35,717 bases of DNA from a virus. Taxonomy: Duplodnaviria; Caudoviricetes. Position 1 is the first letter of the stretch, and every line of letters starts with the position of its first letter. A program made the translations under genes and the position numbers. Shown piece after piece: positions 9,073 through 18,062 of the stretch. A model generated the notes under the pieces. It had not been told where the DNA came from and ran no database searches. It saw nothing but the letters and a program-made list of their open reading frames with translations. The stretch is from positions 1-35,717 of the IMG/VR virus record IMGVR_UViG_3300012942_000089; one strand, written 5' to 3'.

Positions 9073-9101
9073 TTGACAAATTTTCAGTAAAGGATTAAAA
9101 T
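9073..9101 (+). promoter_or_regulatory. Sigma70-like promoter sequence
   Basis: TTGACA (9073-9078), 17 nt, TAAAAT (9096-9101); overlaps the scaffold RBS. Confidence 0.5.
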
Positions 9102-9102
9102 C

Positions 9103-9870
9103 ATGTTCAGTCACATCTTCAGTCGTACCTACAGTCGTTTTACCCCAGTCGTATTTTTTGAAGCCGATGGCGTTCCCGCCGGAGGCGCAAGCCCACAGTC
9201 GGAAGATAAACCGTCGAACCCCACTAAAGCCGAAATTGAAAGCGTTGTTCAAAAGACGATCCAAAACGTGTTGAATTCGCAGCGTGTCGCAGGTGATACC
9301 AGCGCAGCTCTTGAAGTTCTTGCAGCAAAAGCGCTCAAGGAAGAAAAGCGCGCCAAAGACGCCGAGGCGAAGATCGGAACTATTCCCGAAGATGTCAAAG
9401 CAAAACTGGACGCCTTTGAAGCTCTTGGGACAGTCGAAGACATAACCAAGCGTCTTGAGAACGCTACAACACTGGAAGCCGAAAAGGCGCAACGCGAACT
9501 CACTGATGGATTCCGCAAAGCCGCGCAAGTGGCAGGCTATGACGCCGATGCGCTTTTGGAAGTCATTGGGCAGATTCCAAAATCTGTTATCGAGACCATC
9601 AAAAAAGATGGTAAGGATATTCAGATTGCAAAAGTACTTTCAGGTGATGATGACAAAGACGGCAAGTCTTTTGAGGAATCTATGAAAGAACGCTTCCCGA
9701 AAATCCATGACAGTTTGAAAGCGGACAATAAACATCGAGTGCAAGCGCCGGTAATGGGAGTGGGGAGCGGAACATCGCAGGTTAGCCAGGCGGATGCTTT
9801 CATAGCCCGAATTGAAAAACAGAAGGCGGAAAAGCGCAATCCTTTGATGCCGGTAGTGGATGCAAAATAA
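9103..9870 (+). CDS. Capsid scaffolding protein
   Basis: Charged, helical/coiled-coil, FFEADG..AGG N-terminus; lies upstream of the capsid genes. Confidence 0.7.
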   Translation: MFSHIFSRTYSRFTPVVFFEADGVPAGGASPQSEDKPSNPTKAEIESVVQKTIQNVLNSQRVAGDTSAALEVLAAKALKEEKRAKDAEAKIGTIPEDVKAKLDAFEALGTVEDITKRLENATTLEAEKAQRELTDGFRKAAQVAGYDADALLEVIGQIPKSVIETIKKDGKDIQIAKVLSGDDDKDGKSFEESMKERFPKIHDSLKADNKHRVQAPVMGVGSGTSQVSQADAFIARIEKQKAEKRNPLMPVVDAK

Positions 9871-9900
9871 AGTAGCGCGATAGCGCAAGGAGTATTTATT

Positions 9901-10533
9901 ATGGGATGGACTGATAATACAACCATCAACGCGCCGGGCGCAGTTGTAGACCCGGCTAGCATTATGATGAACAGCGGTCGTCAGGTGGACTTCACAAACA
10001 CGCCTGACAGCTATAAAGGCGCTGACGGCAACAAACTGATCCCGGCTTTCACTGTTGTTAGCCAACTGGCAAGCGGTAAAGTGATTCCGCGAGTAGGCAA
10101 TGAATTGACTGTCACCGTCGCGGTTGCCTCCAACGTTGCCACGGCCACAAAGACCGCTCACGGTCTTGCGGCAGGGCAACAGGTTTATATCAGCGGCGCG
10201 AATCTTTCGTATGTGAATGGTATTAAAACCATTGCCACTGTGCCGACTGCTGATACGTTTACTTTCGCAGCCACCGGCAGCGATGCAACGGCTACAGGGA
10301 CGATCAAGGCAGGTATTGTGGCGTGCGGGATGCTTGTTTCCAATGCTGTTGAAAACAGTAAGAGCGATTCTGTTTCAGGGTATGGCATTATCGTTGGCGG
10401 AAATCTTTATGAGAACCTGTTGCCCGATGCGACCGGCACACCGGCGGTTCTCTCCGATGAGATTAAAACCGAGTTGGCCAACGCGGGGACAGGGTTCTAT
10501 TTCGAACAATACGGAGATTCCCGAACCTCTTAA
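9901..10533 (+). CDS. Head decoration/cement protein with inserted beta domain
   Basis: Between scaffold and MCP; K.IPA.TVV...GKV.P and GML motifs flank a TAHGL..GQ.VYISGA..NG..T...TFTF insert. Confidence 0.6.
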   Translation: MGWTDNTTINAPGAVVDPASIMMNSGRQVDFTNTPDSYKGADGNKLIPAFTVVSQLASGKVIPRVGNELTVTVAVASNVATATKTAHGLAAGQQVYISGANLSYVNGIKTIATVPTADTFTFAATGSDATATGTIKAGIVACGMLVSNAVENSKSDSVSGYGIIVGGNLYENLLPDATGTPAVLSDEIKTELANAGTGFYFEQYGDSRTS

Positions 10534-10568
10534 TTTAATGCCATTTTGGCAAAGGAGTAACATAAAAG

Positions 10569-11690
10569 ATGGATATTAACTTTAATGCTGTATTGGCCGA
10601 TTTGGAGCCGGGTTCTTTGCTGAATCTGATGTCTGCGGCGCGCAACGATCCCGATTACTTTTTCACTACGTTGTTGCCAGAACGCAATATGCCCGATTAC
10701 AACGCGGAATTGGGAAATATGACGGTGCGTTCCACGATGGCCGGATTGGTGGGCATGGATTCGCCGTTCCCGCCCGGCGGTATTGTGCAAGCGCGAACCT
10801 TCAATGAAAAGGTGGCGAAGATTGCTATCTCCATCGGCATGAATGAAGAGACGCTGCGCACTATTCAAAAATTTGTGCGTGAATACATCTTGCAAAACAA
10901 TGGGGCAGGTGCACCGGCTCCCACTGACTTCTTGACCGGCGAAGCATTGAACTTCTTTAATAAAGTTGTGGTGCAGGGCATCAAGGACACCCGCGAATGG
11001 TTGCGAGGCCAGGCGCTACTTGGCGAGATAGATTGGACATTCAATAACAAAACGTTATCCGTGGATTACGGATTCCCCAGTGCCAACATTTTGACATCGC
11101 GGTCGGGGACGTCGGCTTATAACGGATCGGCATCCAGTTTCTGGACGGACGTGAAGGCAATGCGCAAAGCACTGCGGACATCCACGAACATCATCTTTTT
11201 GTGCCATCCAGACATGGCAGAGGCGATTGTGGATAATCCTGTGAATAGCGTGAATGTTGTAGCCCAAACCGTCAATTCACGGACAATACAAAAAGTTGTT
11301 GGTGATAACCGTGTCCCCACGGGCGATGCGCGGGACAAACTCACCCTTATCACCTATGGGTTAGAAGGCGAAGTTTTGGATCCCTCTGATGTTTCCGTGA
11401 CGGTGACAAAAGAGTTCCAGAAAGATAACAAACTACTTGCAATCGGCAATGGCAACAACCGTGCTTATCGCGTCGGTCAAGGTTCATCCGAAGATCCCAT
11501 CAATGATCTGGAATTGGGCTACACGCATCTTGCGCCAACAATAGAGGGCAATGGCGCGATGGGCGACTGGGGCCGAATGTTTACCCCAGAAGCCCGTCCA
11601 ATGCAGTTGCAAGGCGAAGGCGTTTCTAACTGTTTGCCGGTCATTGAGCGTTACAATGCGGTTGTTGTCGGTACTTCCACAATCTCTTAA
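10569..11690 (+). CDS. Major capsid protein (lambda gpE-like family)
   Basis: 373 aa; EWLRGQAL.G.I....N...VDYG.P pattern and C-terminal LPVI; AAGGAG RBS. Confidence 0.85.
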   Translation: MDINFNAVLADLEPGSLLNLMSAARNDPDYFFTTLLPERNMPDYNAELGNMTVRSTMAGLVGMDSPFPPGGIVQARTFNEKVAKIAISIGMNEETLRTIQKFVREYILQNNGAGAPAPTDFLTGEALNFFNKVVVQGIKDTREWLRGQALLGEIDWTFNNKTLSVDYGFPSANILTSRSGTSAYNGSASSFWTDVKAMRKALRTSTNIIFLCHPDMAEAIVDNPVNSVNVVAQTVNSRTIQKVVGDNRVPTGDARDKLTLITYGLEGEVLDPSDVSVTVTKEFQKDNKLLAIGNGNNRAYRVGQGSSEDPINDLELGYTHLAPTIEGNGAMGDWGRMFTPEARPMQLQGEGVSNCLPVIERYNAVVVGTSTIS

Positions 11691-11695
11691 CCATT

Positions 11696-12205
11696 ATGAC
11701 AGTCACCGCCGAAAGGCTTTGTCAGCAATCAAACCTTGAGCCGACTGATCTGGACGAATCTATTGTCAGTCCTGACGATGATGAGTCCGGTCAGTTGGCG
11801 GCGATGGAGGCATGGGTAGAGGAAAACGTATTGCCTATTGCCGATGGCGAAGTGTCCGTTCCATTGTTAAAAGCGACTGGCTTCGACACAGTGGATGATT
11901 TTATCGATCAACGATTCTCGTCCGTTTCAGATGATGTAAGAACCGGCTGGAAGGAAAAGGGGAATGCGTTGTATGATGGCGCTGTGATTAGTTACGGGCG
12001 CAGCGAAATCAATAAATGCATCAACTCCACTTCTGATGAATACGATAAGGATTCAGATCAGGATCGCATCCAGGGCAATCAGCGTTTGCAAAAGCTGGTT
12101 GAATGGGCTACTACGTTAATTGAGACACAGGGTCAGGGCGACGCCTCTCAAGAGGTCACTTTAAACAATTCCAGTTCGGCGCAAGTCAAGGCGGTGTGGT
12201 CATAA
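11696..12205 (+). CDS. Putative head-tail adaptor
   Basis: Synteny after MCP only. Confidence 0.5.
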   Translation: MTVTAERLCQQSNLEPTDLDESIVSPDDDESGQLAAMEAWVEENVLPIADGEVSVPLLKATGFDTVDDFIDQRFSSVSDDVRTGWKEKGNALYDGAVISYGRSEINKCINSTSDEYDKDSDQDRIQGNQRLQKLVEWATTLIETQGQGDASQEVTLNNSSSAQVKAVWS

Positions 12206-12627
12206 TGGCAACATTCAGAACAACGCCTGGCGGATCGCAAATCGGACGTATTTCAGATCGCTATGAGCGGCGCGCGAAGAGTGTTGGACGCGAGAGCGCA
12301 AGGCATCGCGGACGCATGGCGAAGATTCTCAAAAAAGGATTGGAAGATGCTACGCAGGAACAGCTTTATGATCGCACTACATTAAAAGTGACACGGGATA
12401 TGTTCAACAGTATCCGCGCAAGATTTTTAGGTAATGTAGTGCAGGTTGGCTATTTCTTTGGCCGTGGCGCACGACATGCAAAATACCGCCTCAACATGAT
12501 TGGTCGTTCAAAACAAGATGGTCACGTGTTGGACATGCAACCATCGGTATATATCAAAAAACATTGTGACCGCGATATAAAGCGTTCTGAACGCGAGTCG
12601 ATGCGGGCTATCAGGGAGACAAAATAA
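12205..12627 (+). CDS. Putative neck/tail-completion protein (basic)
   Basis: TAATG coupling; Arg/Lys-rich, T..MFNSI pattern like HK97 gp10-type proteins; synteny. Confidence 0.5.
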   Translation: MATFRTTPGGSQIGRISDRYERRAKSVGRESARHRGRMAKILKKGLEDATQEQLYDRTTLKVTRDMFNSIRARFLGNVVQVGYFFGRGARHAKYRLNMIGRSKQDGHVLDMQPSVYIKKHCDRDIKRSERESMRAIRETK

Positions 12628-13104
12628 ATGCCTTGGCCAATTGGCACTGACGCAACCGACAATCTGAAAACTGTTTTTGAAACGTGGTTGCGTGGGCGTC
12701 TCACTGCATCGCCTTACAAACAGCGTCTGCCGCGCAGGCATATTGTTGTTGGCGTTCCCAATAGCAGCAAGAAAATTTCCGGGTCAATAAAAGTACTTTT
12801 ATACACCGGAAAGGATGACGAACCGCCTTATGAGTTCAATTCAGAAAGCGGCTACACGATGGAGGAAACGCACCGCATTACCATTGACGTTCAGTCCGAC
12901 GAACGCGGCGCGAAAGCCAACGAGGATGCGTTGGTTGCGTCCATTATTCGGCAAATAATGCAATCCCCTACGGAACGCGCAGGGTTGATTGCATTAGGTG
13001 TATATAACGTAAAAGAATCTGCTGACGAGTTGGAGATTGATGGTGTGGATTTCAAACGTCCCATCAATTTTACATGTTCAACAGATACGCTAATTTCAAA
13101 TTAA
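12628..13104 (+). CDS. Putative tail terminator
   Basis: Synteny and size; GGAG RBS. Confidence 0.45.
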   Translation: MPWPIGTDATDNLKTVFETWLRGRLTASPYKQRLPRRHIVVGVPNSSKKISGSIKVLLYTGKDDEPPYEFNSESGYTMEETHRITIDVQSDERGAKANEDALVASIIRQIMQSPTERAGLIALGVYNVKESADELEIDGVDFKRPINFTCSTDTLISN

Positions 13105-13117
13105 GAGAGGTTTTAAA

Positions 13118-13573
13118 ATGCCACAGTATGCAAATGATGTTTTAGCTAGAGTAAATGGGCTGCTCAACATTGGCGGCGATTTGGTCAAGTTTACCGGCGT
13201 CGCGCAAGGCGGCGGCGATTTAGTTGCTTACGATTCAATGCCGGTAGGTGGCCCGCCGTCTGCCAATTATTATCAGGACGTGCGAGCGCCAGTCACAATT
13301 GATTTGACGTGTCCTATTCCCGGCGAAGATGCCACGGCATGGAACACGTTTTTAGATCGATTCATGGCTGATAGTTCTGGATTGAGCGTTGGCGCAAAGA
13401 AGTTTGATGTTGTGGCCTCTCCCTCAACAAGCGGTCAAATGATGTTGATTGGCTTGAATGATATGATCGGCCGCCAATTCACGGTAAGTTCGCGGCCAAA
13501 GATCAATACGCAATATCAGCAGAATGCGGAATTGTCCGTGACGCTCACCGAAAGTGGAAGCACAAGCGAATAA
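13118..13573 (+). CDS. Putative major tail (tube) protein
   Basis: GAGG RBS, beta-rich 151 aa, position in tail module. Confidence 0.45.
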   Translation: MPQYANDVLARVNGLLNIGGDLVKFTGVAQGGGDLVAYDSMPVGGPPSANYYQDVRAPVTIDLTCPIPGEDATAWNTFLDRFMADSSGLSVGAKKFDVVASPSTSGQMMLIGLNDMIGRQFTVSSRPKINTQYQQNAELSVTLTESGSTSE

Positions 13574-13597
13574 AAGTACTTTTAAGGAGAAAACTTA

Positions 13598-14002
13598 ATG
13601 CCTAAAACATTAAACGTTTCACTGAACATTTCCGGTGAGGCTGTGAATGTGGCGATCAAAACCACGGCCGTAAATAACGCATTGCGGCGTTATGAGTTGC
13701 CAACAACAGAATTCGCTGCGTCCGCCGCCAATAAAGAAGTATTGGCTCCAATTGATATTAGCGCCGCGTCGTTGGTGATGATTGTCCCGACAACGGAAGT
13801 GACGCTAAAAACCAACAGTAGCTCGGAAGCAACCGACACCAAAACGTTGGCCGCCGGACAGGGGATTATCTGGTGGGACGGCTGCGGTTTTGATTTAAGT
13901 GATTACTTTAGCGCCGACATCACGGCGATGTATTTCACCAATAATGACGAAGCAAACGCCGGTTCTGTTTCTATTGTAATTTTGGACGACGCAACTCTGT
14001 AA
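13598..14002 (+). CDS. Virion structural protein (beta-rich)
   Basis: AAGGAG RBS; tail-module position. Confidence 0.5.
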   Translation: MPKTLNVSLNISGEAVNVAIKTTAVNNALRRYELPTTEFAASAANKEVLAPIDISAASLVMIVPTTEVTLKTNSSSEATDTKTLAAGQGIIWWDGCGFDLSDYFSADITAMYFTNNDEANAGSVSIVILDDATL

Positions 14003-14011
14003 AAGGAATCT

Positions 14012-14719
14012 ATGAGTATTAAAACATTAGTAAATCCCACGCCGGACGGAGAATCCGGCGTGGTGTCATCGTTATCTGACATCAAGGCGCGCCTGGCAAA
14101 ACGCCGGGAGCGCGACTTGTCCAAGCTCCCCACGCATTATCATGAAGCGTTGGGTACAATTCATATCGGGTTTTTGCCCGCTGATGGATACCATGCCATC
14201 GAAGCCGCTGACATGCGGCGTGAGGAATTCGGCATTGGCACGGATCACCAGTGGCCGGATGAGGATATTAAGAAGTTTCAGGATAACAAGCGCGATCGTG
14301 CCTATTTGAAATATGGCGTGATCACCGGCGACAATCAGCGGCTGGATAATGACGTGGTGGAATTATTATTATCTGGCGATTTCGGCGCGGAAAACCGCAA
14401 ATTGATAAACGCTATTCAAAAGCAAAATCCGCCGCGCGAAAACCTTGTCGATGAGCTGCGCGTGTCTCATGCGTTCAATCGCATGACATGCATCCTTTTC
14501 CGCATTTTGGAGCGCGCCGGGTGTTTGGAAAAAGTACGTGATTTCCTTTTGGCTGATCCTGAAAGCGTAGAAGCAAAAATACTTGCCGAAGATTTGGGCA
14601 AATGGGAAGCAACGTTGCCAGCATGGGAAGTCTATTTGGAAGCCGAAGATGCTGCCAAGCATTATGGCATTGGTGTTTATGACCGCCTAAAAATTGAAGC
14701 CGCTGATCAAGCCGAATAA
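14012..14719 (+). CDS. Putative tail assembly chaperone
   Basis: Immediately upstream of tape measure gene; charged and helical. Confidence 0.55.
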   Translation: MSIKTLVNPTPDGESGVVSSLSDIKARLAKRRERDLSKLPTHYHEALGTIHIGFLPADGYHAIEAADMRREEFGIGTDHQWPDEDIKKFQDNKRDRAYLKYGVITGDNQRLDNDVVELLLSGDFGAENRKLINAIQKQNPPRENLVDELRVSHAFNRMTCILFRILERAGCLEKVRDFLLADPESVEAKILAEDLGKWEATLPAWEVYLEAEDAAKHYGIGVYDRLKIEAADQAE

Positions 14720-14721
14720 TC

Positions 14722-16941
14722 ATGGGGAATACCACAGTCGACAACATGGTTTTGCAGTTCATCACACGGGGAGAAAATGCTTTCAAAAGTACTATCTCCA
14801 GCGTTGGCAGGTCTATTGGCACGCTTGAAAACCGTATGACTGCATTAGGCACAGCCGGTAATGTCGTCGCTGCTGTTGGTGGCTACAAAGTACTTTCCTT
14901 CATCAAACAACTTGGCAATGAATCATTGAATGCCGTCGGCATGATGGATCAGTCAGAGAAAGCGATGGGCGCGTTATTGCATAACCAAGCGCTTGGAATT
15001 AAAACGGTTAATGAGGCGTTGCAATATTCACGTAATACTCCGTTCTCTTTCCAGAATGTAACACATGAAGAGCAGACACTCGAAGCAATGGGGTTTGCTG
15101 CAAAAGATTTAATGCCGACCATGAAGGCTCTGGGTAATGTTGTTAGTTCAGTTGGTGGCGGCGATGCACAGTTTGCGCGAATTTCATATCGATTAGGTGA
15201 AATCCGCGCGCAGGGCAAAGCGTATGCGCGTGACTTGATGGATTTGGGGCGCAACGGTATTAATTATCGCGAGATCATGGAAGCCGGTTTAGGCCATGCG
15301 GTTACCAAAGACCAACTCACCGAAATGGATGGTGAGAAGTTTGTAGAGGCTTTCATCAAAGGCGTTCAAATCAAGTTTGGCGGCGTGATGGATAAAATGA
15401 TGGACACCATCCCCGGTCAGCTTCACAAACTCGAAAATTCCAAAATGATCTTGAAGATCGACATGGGCAAAGCCTTTTCCGGTTCTTACATGAAAGGATT
15501 ACAAATGGAAAGTGCCCTTGTCGATAAGCTGGATTATTTTGTGAAGCATCATCCGCGCATTACCGCAGGATTGGAAGCCACTGCGGGCGTAGGAGCGCTT
15601 GGGCTTACTGGTGTGGCGGGAGCGACTGGTTTGGCGATGGCTTATAACCAGATCACAACAGCCGTCGGCAAAGCCTCCGCCGCAAAACGCGTTCTTACTG
15701 ATGTAACAAAATTGGACACTGCCGCCGAAGGCGCGAAAGCCATAGTCGCTGGTAGAGAAGGCAACGCGATTGGCGATGTTGGAACTGTTGTGGAGGATGC
15801 GATCAAATCAAAGAAAGGATTATCGCTTGCGACAAAAGAGGCTGGGGGCTATTCTGCGATGCTGGCCGCAGAAACTGAGAAGATAGCAAGCAGATTTGGA
15901 TTATCAAGCGCCGCCGGGATGAAAAACGCAGAGCAACTTGCAAAGCAAAGCCTGGCAGCACGCGGCATCACAGCCGAAATGGAAACATTGGCACCGGCAG
16001 CGGAAACGGCAGCAATAAAATTGAGTAAATTAGATCGAATAAAGAACCTGTTGGGACGTTCAATATCCCCCGCGATGTCGGAAATTCCTCAATTGCAAAA
16101 ACAGATGTTTGACCCAATGGGCTTTTATACAAAAAGCAATGGAGTTTTAGCGACGCGCCGTCAGATATTTCCGACACAAGCTATTAATCGTCGTATTATG
16201 GCGGCGGCTAGTGAAGGTGAGTTCACATCCAACGGTTTTAATATGCTGGGCGGCGAAGCAATTACTTATGGTGGCGCAGGGGTGGCCGGCGCTCTTGGAA
16301 TCGGTGCAGGGGTTTCTGCTTACAATAACTGGGAAAAAGCAGGGGATACGACCGGCGCAGCGGCGGCAAAAGCTACTGTTACTGGTGTTGGCGCTGGATT
16401 AGTTTCTTTGTTTGTGCCTGGCGGTGCGGTTATGGTCGCCGCGACGGAAGGGCTGGCATTTGCTATTAACAAAGCCTATAACGAGCCAATGGAAAATAAA
16501 GCCGTTAGCGATAATCCGCTTGGCGACACTCCGGCTACGCAAGGCATGACCTCTGCGCAAAAAGCCGCTTTTTATGCCAATAAGGCAAAGCATGAACATG
16601 ATGGCTTCTTGGATTGGGCATCCCCAGGTGTTAATGCCACAAACGAAGATAGGCGAAAAGAAGATTTGCGGCAGTCACAGTTATTTGCACAGCAAGACCG
16701 TCACGACAAAGCTCACGCAAAACTGAAAAAGGACGCTGCTGATAAAGCCGCCGCCGAGGCAAAAGCCGCCAAGGATCAGCGAGCAAACGATATTTATAAC
16801 ACAATCAACGGCGGCGCAGCGTTTTATGGCGGTTCTCAAGGCCGCAACGGCGCGTGGACAATAACGATCCCGCAAAGCGCCGCTGACAAGTCACACAACA
16901 AATTAAAAGCCAATAACAATATGACGCCGAATTTTTTGTAG
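14722..16941 (+). CDS. Tape measure protein
   Basis: TPFS..AMGF...DLMPTMKALGN..GGG..LGEIRAQGK tape-measure domain; Ala/Gly-rich helical body. Confidence 0.9.
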   Translation: MGNTTVDNMVLQFITRGENAFKSTISSVGRSIGTLENRMTALGTAGNVVAAVGGYKVLSFIKQLGNESLNAVGMMDQSEKAMGALLHNQALGIKTVNEALQYSRNTPFSFQNVTHEEQTLEAMGFAAKDLMPTMKALGNVVSSVGGGDAQFARISYRLGEIRAQGKAYARDLMDLGRNGINYREIMEAGLGHAVTKDQLTEMDGEKFVEAFIKGVQIKFGGVMDKMMDTIPGQLHKLENSKMILKIDMGKAFSGSYMKGLQMESALVDKLDYFVKHHPRITAGLEATAGVGALGLTGVAGATGLAMAYNQITTAVGKASAAKRVLTDVTKLDTAAEGAKAIVAGREGNAIGDVGTVVEDAIKSKKGLSLATKEAGGYSAMLAAETEKIASRFGLSSAAGMKNAEQLAKQSLAARGITAEMETLAPAAETAAIKLSKLDRIKNLLGRSISPAMSEIPQLQKQMFDPMGFYTKSNGVLATRRQIFPTQAINRRIMAAASEGEFTSNGFNMLGGEAITYGGAGVAGALGIGAGVSAYNNWEKAGDTTGAAAAKATVTGVGAGLVSLFVPGGAVMVAATEGLAFAINKAYNEPMENKAVSDNPLGDTPATQGMTSAQKAAFYANKAKHEHDGFLDWASPGVNATNEDRRKEDLRQSQLFAQQDRHDKAHAKLKKDAADKAAAEAKAAKDQRANDIYNTINGGAAFYGGSQGRNGAWTITIPQSAADKSHNKLKANNNMTPNFL

Positions 16942-16950
16942 GAGGGAAAG

Positions 16951-17997
16951 ATGCCAACATTCACAGACTGGAAATCGGATAAGAGCGATGGTACTTTACC
17001 CAATACGGAAGATGCGGGCATTTTTCAGTATCGGCATTTTATCCACTGGGAAACGGTGCAAAGCTGGGGCGCTGGAATAGGTAGAAAAGGAACTGGCACA
17101 TGGACGATTCAAATCAAAGACCCGTCTGGTATTGTGATATTTGAGCAAACGGTGCAAATATCAGTGTCAGTTCTCTTTTTTGGGTTCGTGATTACATGGT
17201 TTTATTACGAAGATGAAGATGTATACACAACAACGATTGTCGATGGCCAACAGATCACCGCTGACAATCCTGTTTCTACTTATTTAGTAGGTGCCGAAGA
17301 AGGAGATATGATACCAGGCGGTGATACTGTTTCCGGAGACATTATAGATGCTTTCTATGAATCGGCTGTTTATAAAATGTCTGTTCCGGTCGGTTCAACG
17401 TTCCATGTTATTGACGACCGCTGGGGCTTGGGAGTGCAAACGCGCCCGGATTGGCAATGGCGATTTGGCGACGGATCAGACTTTCAAATTGACAGTACTT
17501 TTGATAGTTTCGGATTCCTTAATAGCGTGACATCATACAAAGGTACTTCCGATTTATTGTGCCAACGCAGTTTGCCGAATCATACAACACGCGAACAACT
17601 GGCCATTTTATCCGGCAGTGATCCAGTGATGGCAGTTTTGCGTAATGGAAAAACGCTGCTGATAAAAAAAGATTCTAATGATTTTGGGATGCATGAAAGC
17701 CTAGACGCGATGATGTCATTTCAGAAGCGGGATGATGAATTACTGCAAGGAAGTGTGACTATGCCTCATTTAGTAGCGTTACGCGGCGGCGGATATTTAC
17801 AGCTTGCCAAAAGCGCGGGAGAGTTCAAATATATTCGGGTGGGGCCGGATGGCGCAAAAACTAATGGCGCTATCAATGACGCGGCTGGCTACAAGGAATT
17901 ATCCGCCGCACAGGCCGATAACGGGGTTATTACGTTAATCAACGAAACCGGCGCACCGGTGGCAAGCAGCGCTGATGATGGGGTGAGTTTTCAATAG
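16951..17997 (+). CDS. Tail-associated hypothetical protein
   Basis: GGAGG RBS; first gene after TMP. Confidence 0.65.
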   Translation: MPTFTDWKSDKSDGTLPNTEDAGIFQYRHFIHWETVQSWGAGIGRKGTGTWTIQIKDPSGIVIFEQTVQISVSVLFFGFVITWFYYEDEDVYTTTIVDGQQITADNPVSTYLVGAEEGDMIPGGDTVSGDIIDAFYESAVYKMSVPVGSTFHVIDDRWGLGVQTRPDWQWRFGDGSDFQIDSTFDSFGFLNSVTSYKGTSDLLCQRSLPNHTTREQLAILSGSDPVMAVLRNGKTLLIKKDSNDFGMHESLDAMMSFQKRDDELLQGSVTMPHLVALRGGGYLQLAKSAGEFKYIRVGPDGAKTNGAINDAAGYKELSAAQADNGVITLINETGAPVASSADDGVSFQ

Positions 17998-18062
17998 CAA
18001 CAACGCCGCGATATTTTCCAAAACTAAAATTATATAATCGCACTCGCGCCGCGCACCGCGCG

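Noticed and set aside
13598-14722. Programmed -1 frameshift in tail assembly chaperone
   Set aside because: No clear XXXYYYZ slippery heptamer seen near the gene ends and no second overlapping ORF before the tape measure gene.
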